From Balanoglossus misakiensis (lineage: Eukaryota > Animalia > Hemichordata), in contig CM082591.2 of the NCBI GenBank assembly GCA_040954595.2, positions 5,487,009 through 5,551,008 of the forward strand: a stretch of DNA of 64,000 nt. Reading direction: 5' to 3'. This document shows, piece after piece, positions 1-14,100 of the stretch; within the stretch, counting starts at the first letter, position 1, and every line of letters starts with the position of its first letter. The notes under the pieces were generated by a model that was not told where the DNA came from, did not search any database, and worked only from the letters and a program-made list of their open reading frames with translations. The position numbers and the translations under genes were made by a program.

Positions 1-274
1 AATGGCCATTTCAAACAGAACACTGTGAGCATGCAACTGTATTGTGATATTTGTGTTCGAAAAATATATTGCTGAATATGATGCAGTTTGTAATATCCAA
101 AATGCATCATTGCAGTATTGACAATGAAAATGATATATGTATGATATACAAACAGGGTTGGAGAAAGGGGAATATCCATCAAGACAGACAAACAGACAGA
201 CAATGCCCTGAAAAAGGTAAACAACAGGTTCATTGTCTCTATAAACACAGTTCAACTTGTGTATCATGTGTACA

Positions 275-486
275 TACTGTAAAACACTTTATTTTCGCGA
301 GTTAAATTTTTCGCGATATCGACAGGGGCCACTGTTTCGCGAGGATTAATTTTCGCGTTCTCTTATTTCATTCACTGCAACGTTATCTTCAAAAACAATT
401 TACGCGACTTTTTATTTTCACGCTATTTTGGCTCTCGCGTATTTGGCGAAAATTAATTGCTCGCGAAAATAAAGTGTTTTACAGTA
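275..486. mobile_element. MITE family A (TA-flanked, termini CTGTAAAAC...GTTTTACAG; Tc1/mariner/pogo-type non-autonomous element)
   Basis: TIRs tactgtaaaacactttattttcgcgag / ctcgcgaaaataaagtgttttacagta. A near-identical inverted copy lies at 25941-26144. Confidence 0.85.
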
Positions 487-2137
487 TCTGAAGTACACAT
501 TCAACCTTCAAACCAGCGGTTGATTGATCTGGTGGCCAACGATACAGGTGAGATAATCAATGCCTATTAAAGGCGCAATTACACTTGGCATTGGGAAATA
601 TTTCACACAAATTGACAGATAAGTAAGGGTTGCTTTTCTCTGATAATGACTCGGTCATTATACTGCGGATAATTTCTATTCAGCTGCACGGTGTCACTGA
701 AGTGTCATGGGCATGCACTTACAAACAACTGAGGGCTCTAAAACTGATGCTAATACACAAAACACCATCAATATTCACTTTGTTATTTTTTACCATCCCT
801 GAACTAATTCATAGCATAATACTATTTGGGATGAGGGATGAATTTACTGTTACTTTTTTCAGCTCAGCCAAACAAACGTAAACAACCCTGTAGAGTAGCT
901 TGATTTGTAATCAAATTTAACAGCATGTTAGGTGGTCCTGTGAAACTAATAAATATGCGCATGTTGATAGAATTAGTTTTTGTTTGAATTCCTTCCAGCC
1001 TTGGCTTTGTAAACTTCTTGTGTCGTATACAAACTAACCACGTCACTTCTTTGTACTGGCAGCCAATGACCATACACAACAGGTGCTCAAAATATAGATG
1101 GCAGTGTTTAAATTGCTTAAATTGTTTAAATTTGCATATATTTAAAATACTATTTTGCATATATTCAATTTTAACAAATCCCTAGAAATTTGCATATATT
1201 TAAATTACTGATTTGCATATATTCAATTTTAACAAACACTGGAGGACGTTTAGTTGATATCCAGTTATTATGCTGCTTGCTAGGCAACTTTTGTACATAC
1301 AGTGAACAGTAAATAATTACTACAGTAATAATTTACCACCAATTTCATCTAATTAGACGTAAAAGCCACAGTGTACGGAATGGGTAATTCACAACTGCAC
1401 TTAATGATGTGGGTGGAGGGTTTAAAATAGTTAATCACAATAAAATGTTAGCCTGTCATTAGTGATGGATCTGGTTGTAAAGACAGCCAAACTTGGCTTA
1501 TTTGCATATTCTTTTACTGTTTAGTGGAGAAAAAGTGTTTGGCTGGGCCCTAAAGCAGCTAAATGACAATAGATGTGTTTCATGTATTAGCATGGGGCAA
1601 TGCAGAACTTTAATATAATAATTGCCTCACACATGTGTATATACATGTATATCCAATACAATATGATCTAATCAACAGCAACTGTTCAACAATATACTTA
1701 TTAGTTAAAAAATTTGTGATATCAGCTATCAAAATTAATCAATCAATACAAATCTGCTGCCAATATAAAAAGGACAAAAGTACACATACACTTTAGTCTC
1801 GAAGGACACATGTATTCAATTTGTTTTTCACACTAACTGGAACTGTTTACCATTTCCCAGTAAAGCATTTTCAAAGAAACACATTCATCTGATGTATCAG
1901 ATCAATACCTTAAGAAAAAAACAGGATGTCTACATGGCCTTCATATTTTAATAATGATAAAAATATATGTTTCTATATGTATATTACACATTTGTCCACT
2001 TGTTCCAAAATATTTTAATCTATAATTTTTTTTTATATTTAAACTTACCTGTTCTCTGTAGTATTTTAATTGAATAAAATGTTTCTTTAACAATAATTTT
2101 ACATTAGCCTTAGTGTGAAGCTGATACTAGCACAACA

Positions 2138-2470
2138 AAGTATAAAGTTTACTTGATTTGATAGAAAAAATAAAATCTGAATAAACCTTTAAAAACATTC
2201 AGAATATAACTGAAATGAATTGAAGTCAAATGATTTAACTAATGAAATAAATATAGATACAGCACACCCCCCCCCCCTCCAAACAATAAAGGGCTATGAC
2301 AAGAAGCTTGTATTTAGGAAAGTATAAAGTTTATGATTTGGTAGAGAAAAATGAAGAAACCACATAAAAACTCAGAATACAATTGTACATAAATTGCTGT
2401 CAAAAGATTAAATAAATATAGCATGAGATCCAGCCCCCCCCCCCCTTCTAAAAAAATAAAGGGTTGTGAC
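2138..2470. repeat. Old tandem duplication, unit about 180 bp
   Basis: aaagtataaagttta...tcagaata...gtcaaa.gatt...aaataaatatag...poly-C...aataaaggg..tgacaa occurs twice. Confidence 0.75.
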
Positions 2471-2569
2471 AATTAACAGTATTTGAAACACTTTCCAAAA
2501 AAAAAAAAAAAACAATGATTTGGGCGGATTCCACCTTCATCCAACTAAATCCTTACCTTACCACTGGTA

Positions 2570-5100
2570 CCGTTTTCGTGAGAGAAGTATAAAACTCGCT
2601 ATGGTCAGTTAAATCGTACTGAGTACGGTTTTGGTGACCATGGCAACGTAGCTGACATTGCAGTGTGTGTTTACAGTTTGCCCATCATGGATGATGTCAG
2701 GGACGAAATATATTTTTAATATACAAAAAAGCACAAGTCTCTCCGGGGTAAATGATTCGATTTTACTGATTACTGTGAGAGTAACTGGATAGAAACGGGT
2801 CGATTTTTAGTTAAAAACAAATTGTTTTGGAGTAAAACCGAACGGTTTCACAGTGATGGGTTGGGCGACTCCGAGGGTCAAAGACATTTACAGCGGTAAC
2901 TAACCTGGTTCGAACATCTGAAATTCGCCGAAGTCTGTACTTGTGGCTCCCATCTGAGCGCCGTACCCATGAGCTGCCTCCAGCATAGCTCGAATATCTT
3001 CCATATTTTCCGGATTTTCCGCCTCGATCGCTTTAATTCCTCGGCTCCGTGTCCTGGCGCTCGGGGGTTGATGAGGTCACGAACTCACGGCCAATGACGT
3101 AATCGCCACTGCGTTGCTGTTGTGAAGGCGTGTTGATTTCAGCGCTTTTCAAGTTCAACCAGCAGAAATATACGATCGCCGAATCTCGAGCAAAAATCCG
3201 AGTCTACCTATCTGTCAAACTTGTTTCAATAGACAGTTTTTCGGTGGTAAACACAGATAAACTGGCACAGTCTCTGAGTCGCTCTCACTTTCAGTTCGAC
3301 AAAGTTTCCCTCTTCAAACTGATATGCGACCGCAACCTTGGATGCGCTGCGAGAAGAAATTGTCCCTGCGCCCTTGCTTTTTCTCCACGTCTCCAAAGAA
3401 AAACATAAATATGGATGTTTAACAGTTACTTATCGTTATTTGCCTGCAAGTTGGCTGGATTTTCTTTCCACGCATAAGCCAGAAACTGGATATATTTGAA
3501 AACCCGCCTTCCGCATCACTTTGGAGACGAACGGATGTTGTAGACCCAGCCTACTTCCGATGCGATGTGCGATTCTTCTGAAAATAATTCTTGAGCTGAA
3601 AACAACTGATGCCTATATCGGTAGTCAGTTGCTGGACTTGCATGTACACTCTGTTATTCGTTTTAGCGCCGTTTTCTATAATTTCCCCGACCTTCGGTTT
3701 TCTAGTCACGTTTCCAACAGCAGAACACATTGTTGTCTTCATCTGAGGGTCGCCGCCCGCAGTCAACCATTATTCAAACTAGGAGGAGATGGCCTAAATA
3801 GAGGGGTTTTTCGCAATAACGTTTATTTGCCATAAGCACAGGAAAATTGTCCGTATTTTAACTCAACAATTAGTATAACACTTCTAGTTGCAAATTTATG
3901 TAGATTTATTGCAAAATAAGCAAAAGTCGTGACTTTATACGTTGTCCCTCCAGATGAAGCTGCCACCCCTTTATTATTTATGTGTGCTCATTAACCTATT
4001 TACCCGGTACCTTGTACAGATATTCGAGACAGTTTCAGTACTTTCACAAAATAACATTTCCCTCAAATAAAAGCTGTTTGTATGGTTCATAAGAGTAGAT
4101 TCTGTGACTACCAACAAGTTTCTGCTGTTTAATTCGGTTTTGGCCGCTGGGTTTAGTTTCATTTCATTCATGAGAACCATGGGAAAATTCTGCGTAGGCT
4201 ACTAACCGAGGTAGGTGACAGGGTTAAGGCCAAACAGCGCGGGAATGGGGGAAGCAGGTATGTTCATTCTGAAAGATTTTCGGCTAAAGTCAACCAACTG
4301 AAACTGGTTGGCATCATACGTGCAATAAAAGAATGGAAATTCTAGAGTTTCAAGTATGAATTGGAAACTTTCCTATCCGAAAGGGTGCGCGTAATTTGGT
4401 TTCTTTTCAAGGGCATGTTTTTCGCAGTTTGTTGCCAAGGTCCCTCAAATGGACCCTGCGCCTCCCCAAAAATAGAGTGGTCCATTGAGAGCGAAATATA
4501 CTGGACGAAAATAAAACAGCATCGATATGAATTGCAGCTCGTAGTATTTTATATTTTGGCGTGTTTATCGCGGCTTTCGTTGTATTTTTTCGTTCCGAAC
4601 CCTGAGAGTCGATTGCAGTAGAATTGTCAGGAGGAAGTTGCTTCGGTCTTTTGGACAAGTTTCTGGTTGAACTGTAATCGCTAGTGTTTGCAGTTTGCAT
4701 GTGTGACTCTGGCTCGGCCTTGAACTTGGGGAAGAAGCACCGACGCTGCCGTTCATGATTTCTGGCGAATAAACTCCATGGAGGCCTCCAGTTCTCTCGT
4801 AGCAGGTAAGGGACACTATCCGACTTGTGGAGCGGGCGACTTGTGCACTTGTTTCTGGCCGATTTGCCCAGCCCCGCACCGTTTGAAAAATCTCCGTGCA
4901 AAGTTGGCGGTGATCCAATATGGCGGACTGGACGTATTAGTGCGTCCCAGCTTTTTAGTTTTATCATTGTGGGGAGAGAAGTCCCCGCATAAACAGTGAT
5001 TCACAGTCTCGTCGTGTAAACTATTCAAACCCAAGGGTGTTAATCATATCCCATTCTTCCGTTCAGTAATAGTGATTGAAGCCATTGTCTAGCGTAGCAA
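2570..5100. promoter_or_regulatory. CpG-rich promoter and first-exon region of the nuclear receptor
   Basis: CpG density is visibly higher than in 500-2500. It contains AGGTCA (3074-3079), CCAAT (3091-3095) overlapping TGACGTAA (3095-3102), and an RFX X-box-like GGTGACCATGGCAAC near 2633-2647. It precedes the putative first coding exon at 4778. Confidence 0.5.
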
Positions 5101-8100
5101 CTTGTGTGCATTCAATAGACAATCGGCTTTTTTTATAGAGAAAGGAAAGATGGTATTTAATACATATACCGGACTCGACTCCGTCTTTCTATTAGCTAGC
5201 GAAACTTATAAACTGAGGGCGGTTTAATTCTTTGAAATGATCATTGTTATGTAGAAAATAGGATGTTCAAAAATATGCGATCGTTACATTTTTAACAGTG
5301 TAAAATCAGCTAGCTACTTGACTGTTGCAAAACGTGTTGTGAGAGATGTATGTTTCATATTTTTGATAACACTGGTTGAGAACAATAGGAATGTGTGTGT
5401 CTGTTAGTTGACATTAAAATGGATAAAAAATTGTATAAGTTTCAACAATGAATTGCAAATCGCAAGGGGTGGGGGGCTGCACAATTCTTGATTAATGGGG
5501 TACAGGGCCCAGGGTTGCCAGACAATGCAATGTACATCTTTGTATTGTCGTACATTTCAATTGTAACAGTATCTAATGAAATATACAAGTTTTGAAATTT
5601 TGGATGGGAGCCAGTGTTTTATCATCTGCTGGGAGTTAGGCGTGAGTGTTGGTTACTATGCTAATCCCGCAACAGGCAACATGAACTTGGCTGGGTTCAA
5701 GGACTTTGGCCACACTGTCTGGTCAGTTCATCATTGTGTCTAGCCACTGCCCAGTCTTCATGGCTGTAATTTTTTCCCGTCCCGTTTTTTGTATTCAGTA
5801 TATGTGAAACTACGGAATCGTTTGTAGTGTTTTTGTTCCCAGTAGAAAACTAATCTTACAGCCATATTGACTACACGTTCCATATTAAAAACTAAATAAA
5901 TCATTATCTTCCTGCATATTTTTTTGATAACGTCCTTGAAAAATCATCTCTAATCCTAATTCAAGGGAGAGAAGAAAAAAACCTCCTCTTTTCTAGAATT
6001 ATTCAATTATTGACACATGTGGACCACTATGGATTTTTTAAATAATGTTTGTAAGATATTTTTCACGCATGCGATATTAGCCACAGCACTTGATTTGAGT
6101 GTACAATGTACTTTTCACCTTGAGACCAATACAGTTGTCATTGATTGATTAATTAATCCAGTATTTTTGACATCTATCATAATATGGCTTATGTGATAAT
6201 TTTAATCTGCTAGTGTATCAACATTAGATATATGTTCAGCTGAACAAAACTTTTTCTAAATGAATGCAGAGATATGGATCTAGGTACAGGTACAATGTAG
6301 CTGATAGTTGCAGGTTTTGCAGCATCATTGTGCATCTCAGATCTGTGGTCAATAGCTTCATATTAAATTAAACTTTTCTTACATTTATGTGGATATTTTT
6401 AATATATAGGTGGTGCTAGTGCACTGTGCTGAATGACATTTGAATAGTTTAGCTCCCAAATTATGATCAAGTGTTTCTCCATATACAACTCTGAGTCTAA
6501 ATATTGACAATGTTCAACACTAGTGATCGGTGATGATAGCTACTGTAAAACGGGAAATTTTCGCGATATCAATAGGACAACTGTCACACGACGATAAATT
6601 TTCGCGTTCTGGCATTTCACTGCATCGATATCTAAAAAAAGACATTTTACGCAACTTTTTATTTTCACATTTTATTGGCTCTCCCGAAGTTCGCGAAAAT
6701 TTATCGTTCGCAAAAATTTCCCGTGTTCCAGTAACCCAAGGCAGTACCAAAGGGACGGTATCATTGGCTGGCGGTCCATAAGGACCGTTTACTGAAGTGT
6801 GACTGATATCACTGGTTTCAGTTTTTGTTCCCTGTGTGGAAAAAAGAATGCTTGTATGAGATATATGGCAACAGCTGGTACGTAACATAGTCTTGTTGGG
6901 GTAAACGCGCAATCGCATTTGATCGTAAAGAGAGAGATGTCATGTACAAGCAATACATGTATAATACTATTTAGATTTATGAGTTTATTTGATACATAAA
7001 TCACATTCAATTGCTTTTGTGTCGGGCTAGCACTATTTTTGGTGCACACACCCATGTACATGTAGTTAGTTAGTACATGTTGGTGCTTAATTAAAAGGAC
7101 ATTTGGGCAGGGAAGAAACAAAAAATATACTTTTTTCAGCAAAGGAAAACGGGTAGTGAATTTGTAAGCATTTTTATTGACCAGTCAAATTCCACAATCT
7201 CTGAAAAAAACATTTTACACGACTTGTAATTTTCACTTTTTGGGGGGCTCTCGCAAAGTTCGCAAAATAGATTTATTTTTCGCGAAAATTTTTCCCGTTT
7301 TTACAGTATACATCATTGCATCATGGATGTGCTACATACTGTAAATGCCGCCAAGCTGCCGGAGAACTGTGGTTAATGCTCGGGAAAAATAGCCAAATGG
7401 ACAGCTAATGGTGCTTTAATTAAAACAGGGGCTGTGAAACTGCATGCGTGAATGCTGCAGAGGTCAAAAACCCCTTCGTACATGTACTATGCTGTAAACT
7501 AGGTTATTGGAATTCAAAACCATGTGCGTAGGATAAGGACTATTAAGAAGTCATTCACATTTACTCGATTTTATGATGTCTGGGTGTAATCACTGTTTTT
7601 CAGACAGGTACTTCGCCAAGAAACCCCCCCCCCCCCCCAAATTAAAACAAACACCCTGGTAGTACATGTAAATTTCCTTATGCTTATAACATAACATCAA
7701 AATAAATAGTGCTTTGAAAACCCATGCAGTTGGCAATGATTTTTATGAAAGAGCGAAATTCTGGGTAGTTGCGGCTCACATGTAATTGATGTTGCGGTTG
7801 GCTTATTAGGTGTTTGACAACACGCATTTATCTGATGCCAGCTTCGATAACACTTCCTCTCATTGGTTTTTTAGCCCGTGTGGAAATAACGCTTGTGTCT
7901 GTGTGTGATAGATTAATATTGTATGCAAATACAGCCTGCTACCCATGTTCTCATTATAAATTTTATGCGAGAATTCTTTTTCTGTCAAATTTCTATCACG
8001 ATTTTCACGCAATCACAATAAGAGAATCAACTGTTAAAAATGGAAATATTTATGAAATTAACAATTTATGTATTATTTTAGATGTTGGCATTGCCAGAAA

Positions 8101-11100
8101 TGAATAAAATTGGACGATTTTGAATTAATTGATATGCAGTTGAAAACCGTTATACAGACAAGCCTAGCTGCTGTCAAGGACTGCCATTGTCACTTCGCAT
8201 ACTTTTAAAAATTAATGTCATATCCTGTGAGGAATTGAACAATGAAACCATAACCTTGTTCATTACTTTATGCAAACTGACATGAATGTAAAGATAAAAT
8301 TTTGCCTACAGCTTGTACAAATACATTTGAGTAAATTTGAAATGAAAAATTACATTTTGATATGTATTGAGGGTGGGGGGGGGGGGGGGTCTTTAATAAA
8401 TTGTGCAGCCCCTCTGTACAAACAGGTCATTAGGATATAAGAGTTGTGTATAAGTAGGTAGAGATACAGTCAAAGGAAAATGTACATGCCATGGACATTA
8501 TACAGAAATAGATCAATTATACAAAACCGTCTAAATACAGTGACTTCAGAATTAAATAATGTTATGTAACAATATTCCTGCAGTGGTACACAAACATGTC
8601 AATTACAAGCTAACAAGAACAACTACATTACATGTTCAAAATAAAAATTGCGTTGTATGTCAGTTTCAGGGAATTTACATTTGAATATTGATGTATCCAG
8701 TTATGACATTATTTGGAATGCACACATACATTTAGGGATGTACATTTGTACTTGTTCTTATTAGCTTGTGTAATTAGTATAATATATTAATAACTCTTGT
8801 ATTGACAATGCGGGGACATTCTCAGTACAAGGACAAAAGCTTAATATTTTTTATTTAAATAATATTACGTATCACTGAATATGTAATTAGGACAATGTAT
8901 TATTATGATCCTTGCTTCAGGCGAGTTTTGTTATCTTTTATTGTGAGTAAGCTTATATTCCCTACTCGGGAATGATTGGTTTGGTAGCATTTAAGTTGGA
9001 AATTAAGATGGGTACCAGTTATTGTATTTTCTCAATTTGTGAAAAAACGTAGAAATACTAGAATGAATTTATACGTGTACCTATGGCATTGTTCTTTTGT
9101 TATGGTGACAGATGCCCAGTGCATGCAAATTGCAAAAAATTTGATAGGCTATATATCCATGTTAATTTCAAAAGACAAAAATAGACACAGGTAACTTCTG
9201 TTTATTTCATAACGAGACATTTCTGTATAAGTTATTTATTGGAATATATAATTTACTCGCGTGTCTGAGTCCTTTGCCAATCTGGGCTCAACACGCACGC
9301 ACATACACACACAGTTGTTTGATGATGGCATTAGCATGATGCTTAGACACAAGCATCTGAGACAAGCATACATGTACTACACACACATGTATACATACAT
9401 GTACATACGTATCCATATACAGTTTTGTGTATGATGTAACTCCACCAGTACTGTAAGGGTTGACTGTTTGGTTCATTTGCTTCGGCTAATACTCGAGTGT
9501 ACACATCATTGTTTATTGGAGCTTGTAATGAATTTCCAGTATCCACAGGAAGCAGTTGCATGTAAACACCATTAGAGAAGCCATTTTAGTCTTGATATGT
9601 TGATTTTGCCCCTTACATAATCTTTTGTTGAGGATTGTTTGAATCAACAATGGACTAATCCAGGAACCCTCTACAGATGATCTCTCAGAATGAGCAAGAT
9701 GGAGCTGGTGTGCATGTGACAATGCCAAGAATGATAGAACAAAGACACGTGTTCCTGCTTCTTTAAAATTAGTTACCACTACAGAAAAGTTGTCCATGAG
9801 TTTGTGCCTAATTATCACCTTCAAAAAACATTGAATGCTTGTAAGGATGTATTTCATTTAAATTACTGTATACATGTAGATAGAATCATAATGTGCAGTT
9901 TGTCTCAAAGGAATTTTTAAAGGGACAAAGTCTCGCTGACCATTTTCCATTAATCATGTTTGATACAAGACACCGTTTATGTTATTCTCCGGTTTGTCAA
10001 ATTGCTCTCAAGTATTCTGTTTTTTCAGGTAGGTAATACATTTACACTAATGACACGTGGTGTACATATGTTCGGTGGCGTTGACCTATTTTCCGTGTGG
10101 CCAGGGAAATGGGGACATTGACACTTGCTGCGTTGTGATTCACAGGCGAAATTGGGTTAATGGTAGTGAACTGAATGGGCGAATCAGTCACCCGGTATCT
10201 TTTGTGGGTGTAACTGAATCAACTGAGACTTGTGTGAATCTCATCTGATGTGTACTCGCGTCAAACTAGTACCACGTTGAGCAAGCTATCTTGTTTTCTA
10301 ATTGTGCTAAAATTGCCACTTGCTATGTTTTAGTTTTGAGGGTGTATTCCATCGATGGATCATAATGAAACTGTTGTCCTCTTGAACTTTGATTGCATTC
10401 AATTTCACAATTTATTAAAAATGTGAAGTTACAAGACTGTCTCGTATTTTAGAAATATTTATCCAGTGCTTCATTTACAAATTACAATTTTATCTTTTAA
10501 ATTGACCAAATTTTACCAATTTGTGCAGAATGCGACTGATTTGTCTCTTGCACTAAAAATATAATTTCAGTGGAAAATGGTATCACTTTTCTGGATTCTG
10601 AAATAACTGACGACAGACACATATGCTCAGATATATGCCTACCGGTACATAAAATAGTTTTATAGGAACATAGGACATTTGCATGTGATATCGCTGGAAA
10701 TAAGAGCGTCTGAAAATATGTTTATATGAGTGTTTCAGATGTTTATCAGCAGATACTGTAAAACGGGTTATTTTCGCAAAATATGCGAGAGCCAAAAAAA
10801 CATGAAAATAAAAAGTCGCGTAAAATGTTTTTCGGGGATAACAATGCAGTCCGTGATAAACAAGAACGCGAAAATTAATCCACGTGTAACAATTGCCTCT
10901 TTTGATATCGCGAAAATTTCCCCGTCGCGAAAATTACCCGTTTTACAGTATACCAACTACAATTTATGTAAATTTCCAGGGTTGCACTGTCAGGGACTAG
11001 CAAGTTATTCAAATAAGACCTGAGCTTCCAAGGCCAGCTGAGGTTAGCTCATTTCACACCCCATTGTCACAGCTCATTAGCATACATTACATAAACAAAC

Positions 11101-14100
11101 ACAAGCTACATTAACAGTCAGCAATAAACAAACACAATAGGGTTACATAATATAGGATCATTTCGTCTACATAATAGAACAGAGTAGTGAAACAGTTGTA
11201 GGAAATTGCCTAACACTGAACCAAACCTTTGCCTAGTGTTAGCCGGAAAATGAGTTTTAAAGCCCCTATACTTGCCAAATTTCACATATTTTTTTCCACA
11301 GTAAAATACTTCAAATATATTCCCTATCCTCTAAAATCCTCACCATTAAGCCATATTACTTGCATTTGCATCAGTTTGTCATCTCTTGGCGACGCATAAC
11401 ACGATAGCTGCGTACTGTTTGTATGGAGGCTGATTAAATCAGTGTGGCACCGTTTTAATACATAGCATTTTCAAATCGCTACATACAGCCACAATCGGGC
11501 ATCGATAAGGTGTTCATGTATAATAGTTAGTACTGGCCAACTTGGCAACCGTCTTTGTGAAGCGTCTAGGTTGCAACTTTCATGATTAACAGAATTAAAA
11601 TAACACCTGAAAAATCGCACATGTCCATTTGAGAGGTCCCTCCCCCTTTAACCAATCCTCTTTTGTTTTTTCCCCCGTACAGGTGATGTGGGCCAGGGAG
11701 CAGCGCCGTTAGCCGTTACCTCGATAGCGTCAAGCACGACACCACCGAAGCGCAAAGACAGCAACGCGGGCAATTCTCTGTGCCAAGTGTGCAGCGACAA
11801 GTCGTCAGGATTTCACTATGGAGTGTTAGCCTGTGAAGGCTGCAAGGTAAGTCTGGCCAGGTTTGGATATTCTTACTTAATATATAGAGTAAAATTACCT
11901 CCTGTAAAACAGGTTATTTTCGTGAGCAGTAAATTTTCACGAAATATGCGAGAGCCAAAAAAAAACGTGAAAATAAAAAGTCGTGCAGTTAGTGAAAAAC
12001 GAGAACGATTAATTTTGCGCGTTCACTGCATTGCTATCTCTGATAAACATTTACGCAACTTTTTATTTTCGTGTTTTTGTTTGGCCCTCGCGAAGTTCAC
12101 AAAATTTATTGTCAGCAAAAATGTCCTGTTTTACAGTACCTATTGCAAGTTATGAGCGTTTCCAACGATTCGGTCAATGTGAGGACCATGTTCCAGTTTC
12201 AAATGAGCACACACTGTAAGCCAGGCACAGTTGCACGGAAGACTTAAAGAATACATGTATATCATAATTATCCAGCATTTCAAAATTCAATCAGAGGCCG
12301 AACGCAGTATCATTTCTGAAGCCAGATTTTGGTTGCTTCGACATGGCTTCTTTCATAAGCGCTTGTTTTTAATCATGGTAAACTTGGACATGTCTTTGGG
12401 TTGTAATTCTACCCTGGATGATTATTTCTCATTTTCTATAAAAATGGGAACGTGTCACGTGGTAGCCTAAAATGTATTCCCATGGGACAGTTGCAAATAA
12501 AATCATGTCCCCAAGATAATTAAAAACATGCACAACAAAATTTTGAAATTATAGGAAGGGGTGTCGGCCATATTGGATTACAGACGAGTCGCAATATGCT
12601 TTGCATAGATATTAAATATCGCAACTTTACATTAATTGACAGTTTCTGTTTAATCTTCTTTTGGGTTGGATGCCTTGAGGGGGGATGCCAGTATGCCGAA
12701 GTTCACAGCGTTCTTTTCATTTAGGGGAGGGTTGGGTTTGACAAGTTTAATTCTTTCAAAGCCACATTTCCTCTGTCGAAATGTGGTGCAACATTTTAAC
12801 ATTTTCACCAATTTTTTTCTCTTTTTCCCCTTAATTTTAGACTAAGTGGTCATAGTTTTCCGTTGTATGCAGGTCTTGATCAAAATTTAAGAAAAAAGGT
12901 GGAAAAAGTTATTGCGGGTTAATATTTTGAAAAATACAACTTGACTGACTATAAAGCTGAAAATGTTCATTATCCACTACCCCGGATGTGGTCAATTTTC
13001 CTCCCATACACAGTTACAAACGGAAAGCCAGGACAATGTTTTTACAGACTGGTGACATAGTTACAGCTTCGAACTTTGTGTACCCGCATCTTTTTGCAAT
13101 TGTTTGGTAATTTATGGCCGTTTAATTTTCTAGAAGAGAGGTGTTTCTGTTACTTTGAAAGCCAGCCCATTGTTTGAAACAAAAACAGCCCAGTCATTTA
13201 CCAACTCGACATTCTGTGCGGGTTTCAGCCCGGCATAGAATAAAGGCGTATTGGTGAATACCGTTGGATATAAATAGTTAAAAAATAGGCAGTAATGCGA
13301 GTGTGAACAATAGCTGAATGTGTGATGAATAATTCAACTGGATAATAGAGCTGTCACCTTAACTGTCGTAAATTATCAAGGGAGATGGGGGGGGGGGGGG
13401 GATCCTCAAAGCTATCCTTGCTGGGTAACTGCTTTTTGTGTTTTCATGTATAAAAAAGACAATGTTACTCTATGCTGTTGAAGTTGGTTTATATGGCCTG
13501 TTGTCTTCTTCACAAATTAATTACCTGCCAAAGAAATAAATTTGCTGGTTTCATCCGCTGACGTCAGAAAAAATTGCCCACCAGCTTGTGCGCGAATCAT
13601 AACCAAAATTAGCACTTCATTAGCGTAAAATATCATTAATACCAGTTATTTTTTTAGTGTTTGAAATAATTCCATAAATTAAATGTAAATGTCACAAAGC
13701 AAGGGAGAGGTGTTTAAAAAAACAGCCAGCCGTTCTCGAACTAATTGCAAAAGTCAAATGTGATGATATTTTACATTGATATCTTTTTACTACAATATGA
13801 TAATTGATTTTTTGCGATAACGGATATCTATAGCTGAAATTTGATGATAAACTGTGATAAACATTGCATGTACATCTGTAAATTTTCTCTCAAATACCCT
13901 GCACGCATATTGTAAACAGGAAATTTTGGCAATATTAACTAAAGTGACTATTCCGTGACAATTTATTTTCGCATTCTCTTTATCTCTGAAAAACATTCTA
14001 TTGTACACATTCTTCTTTCGCGATTATTTATTTATTTATTGTGCTCTTGCGTAGTTTGCGAAAATTTATCTTTCGTGAAAATTTCCCATTTTACAGTATA

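Noticed and set aside
4407-4967. 186-aa minus-strand ORF and neighbouring ORFs in the CpG-rich region
   Set aside because: No domain similarity recognised; long ORFs arise by chance in GC-richer promoter/UTR DNA.
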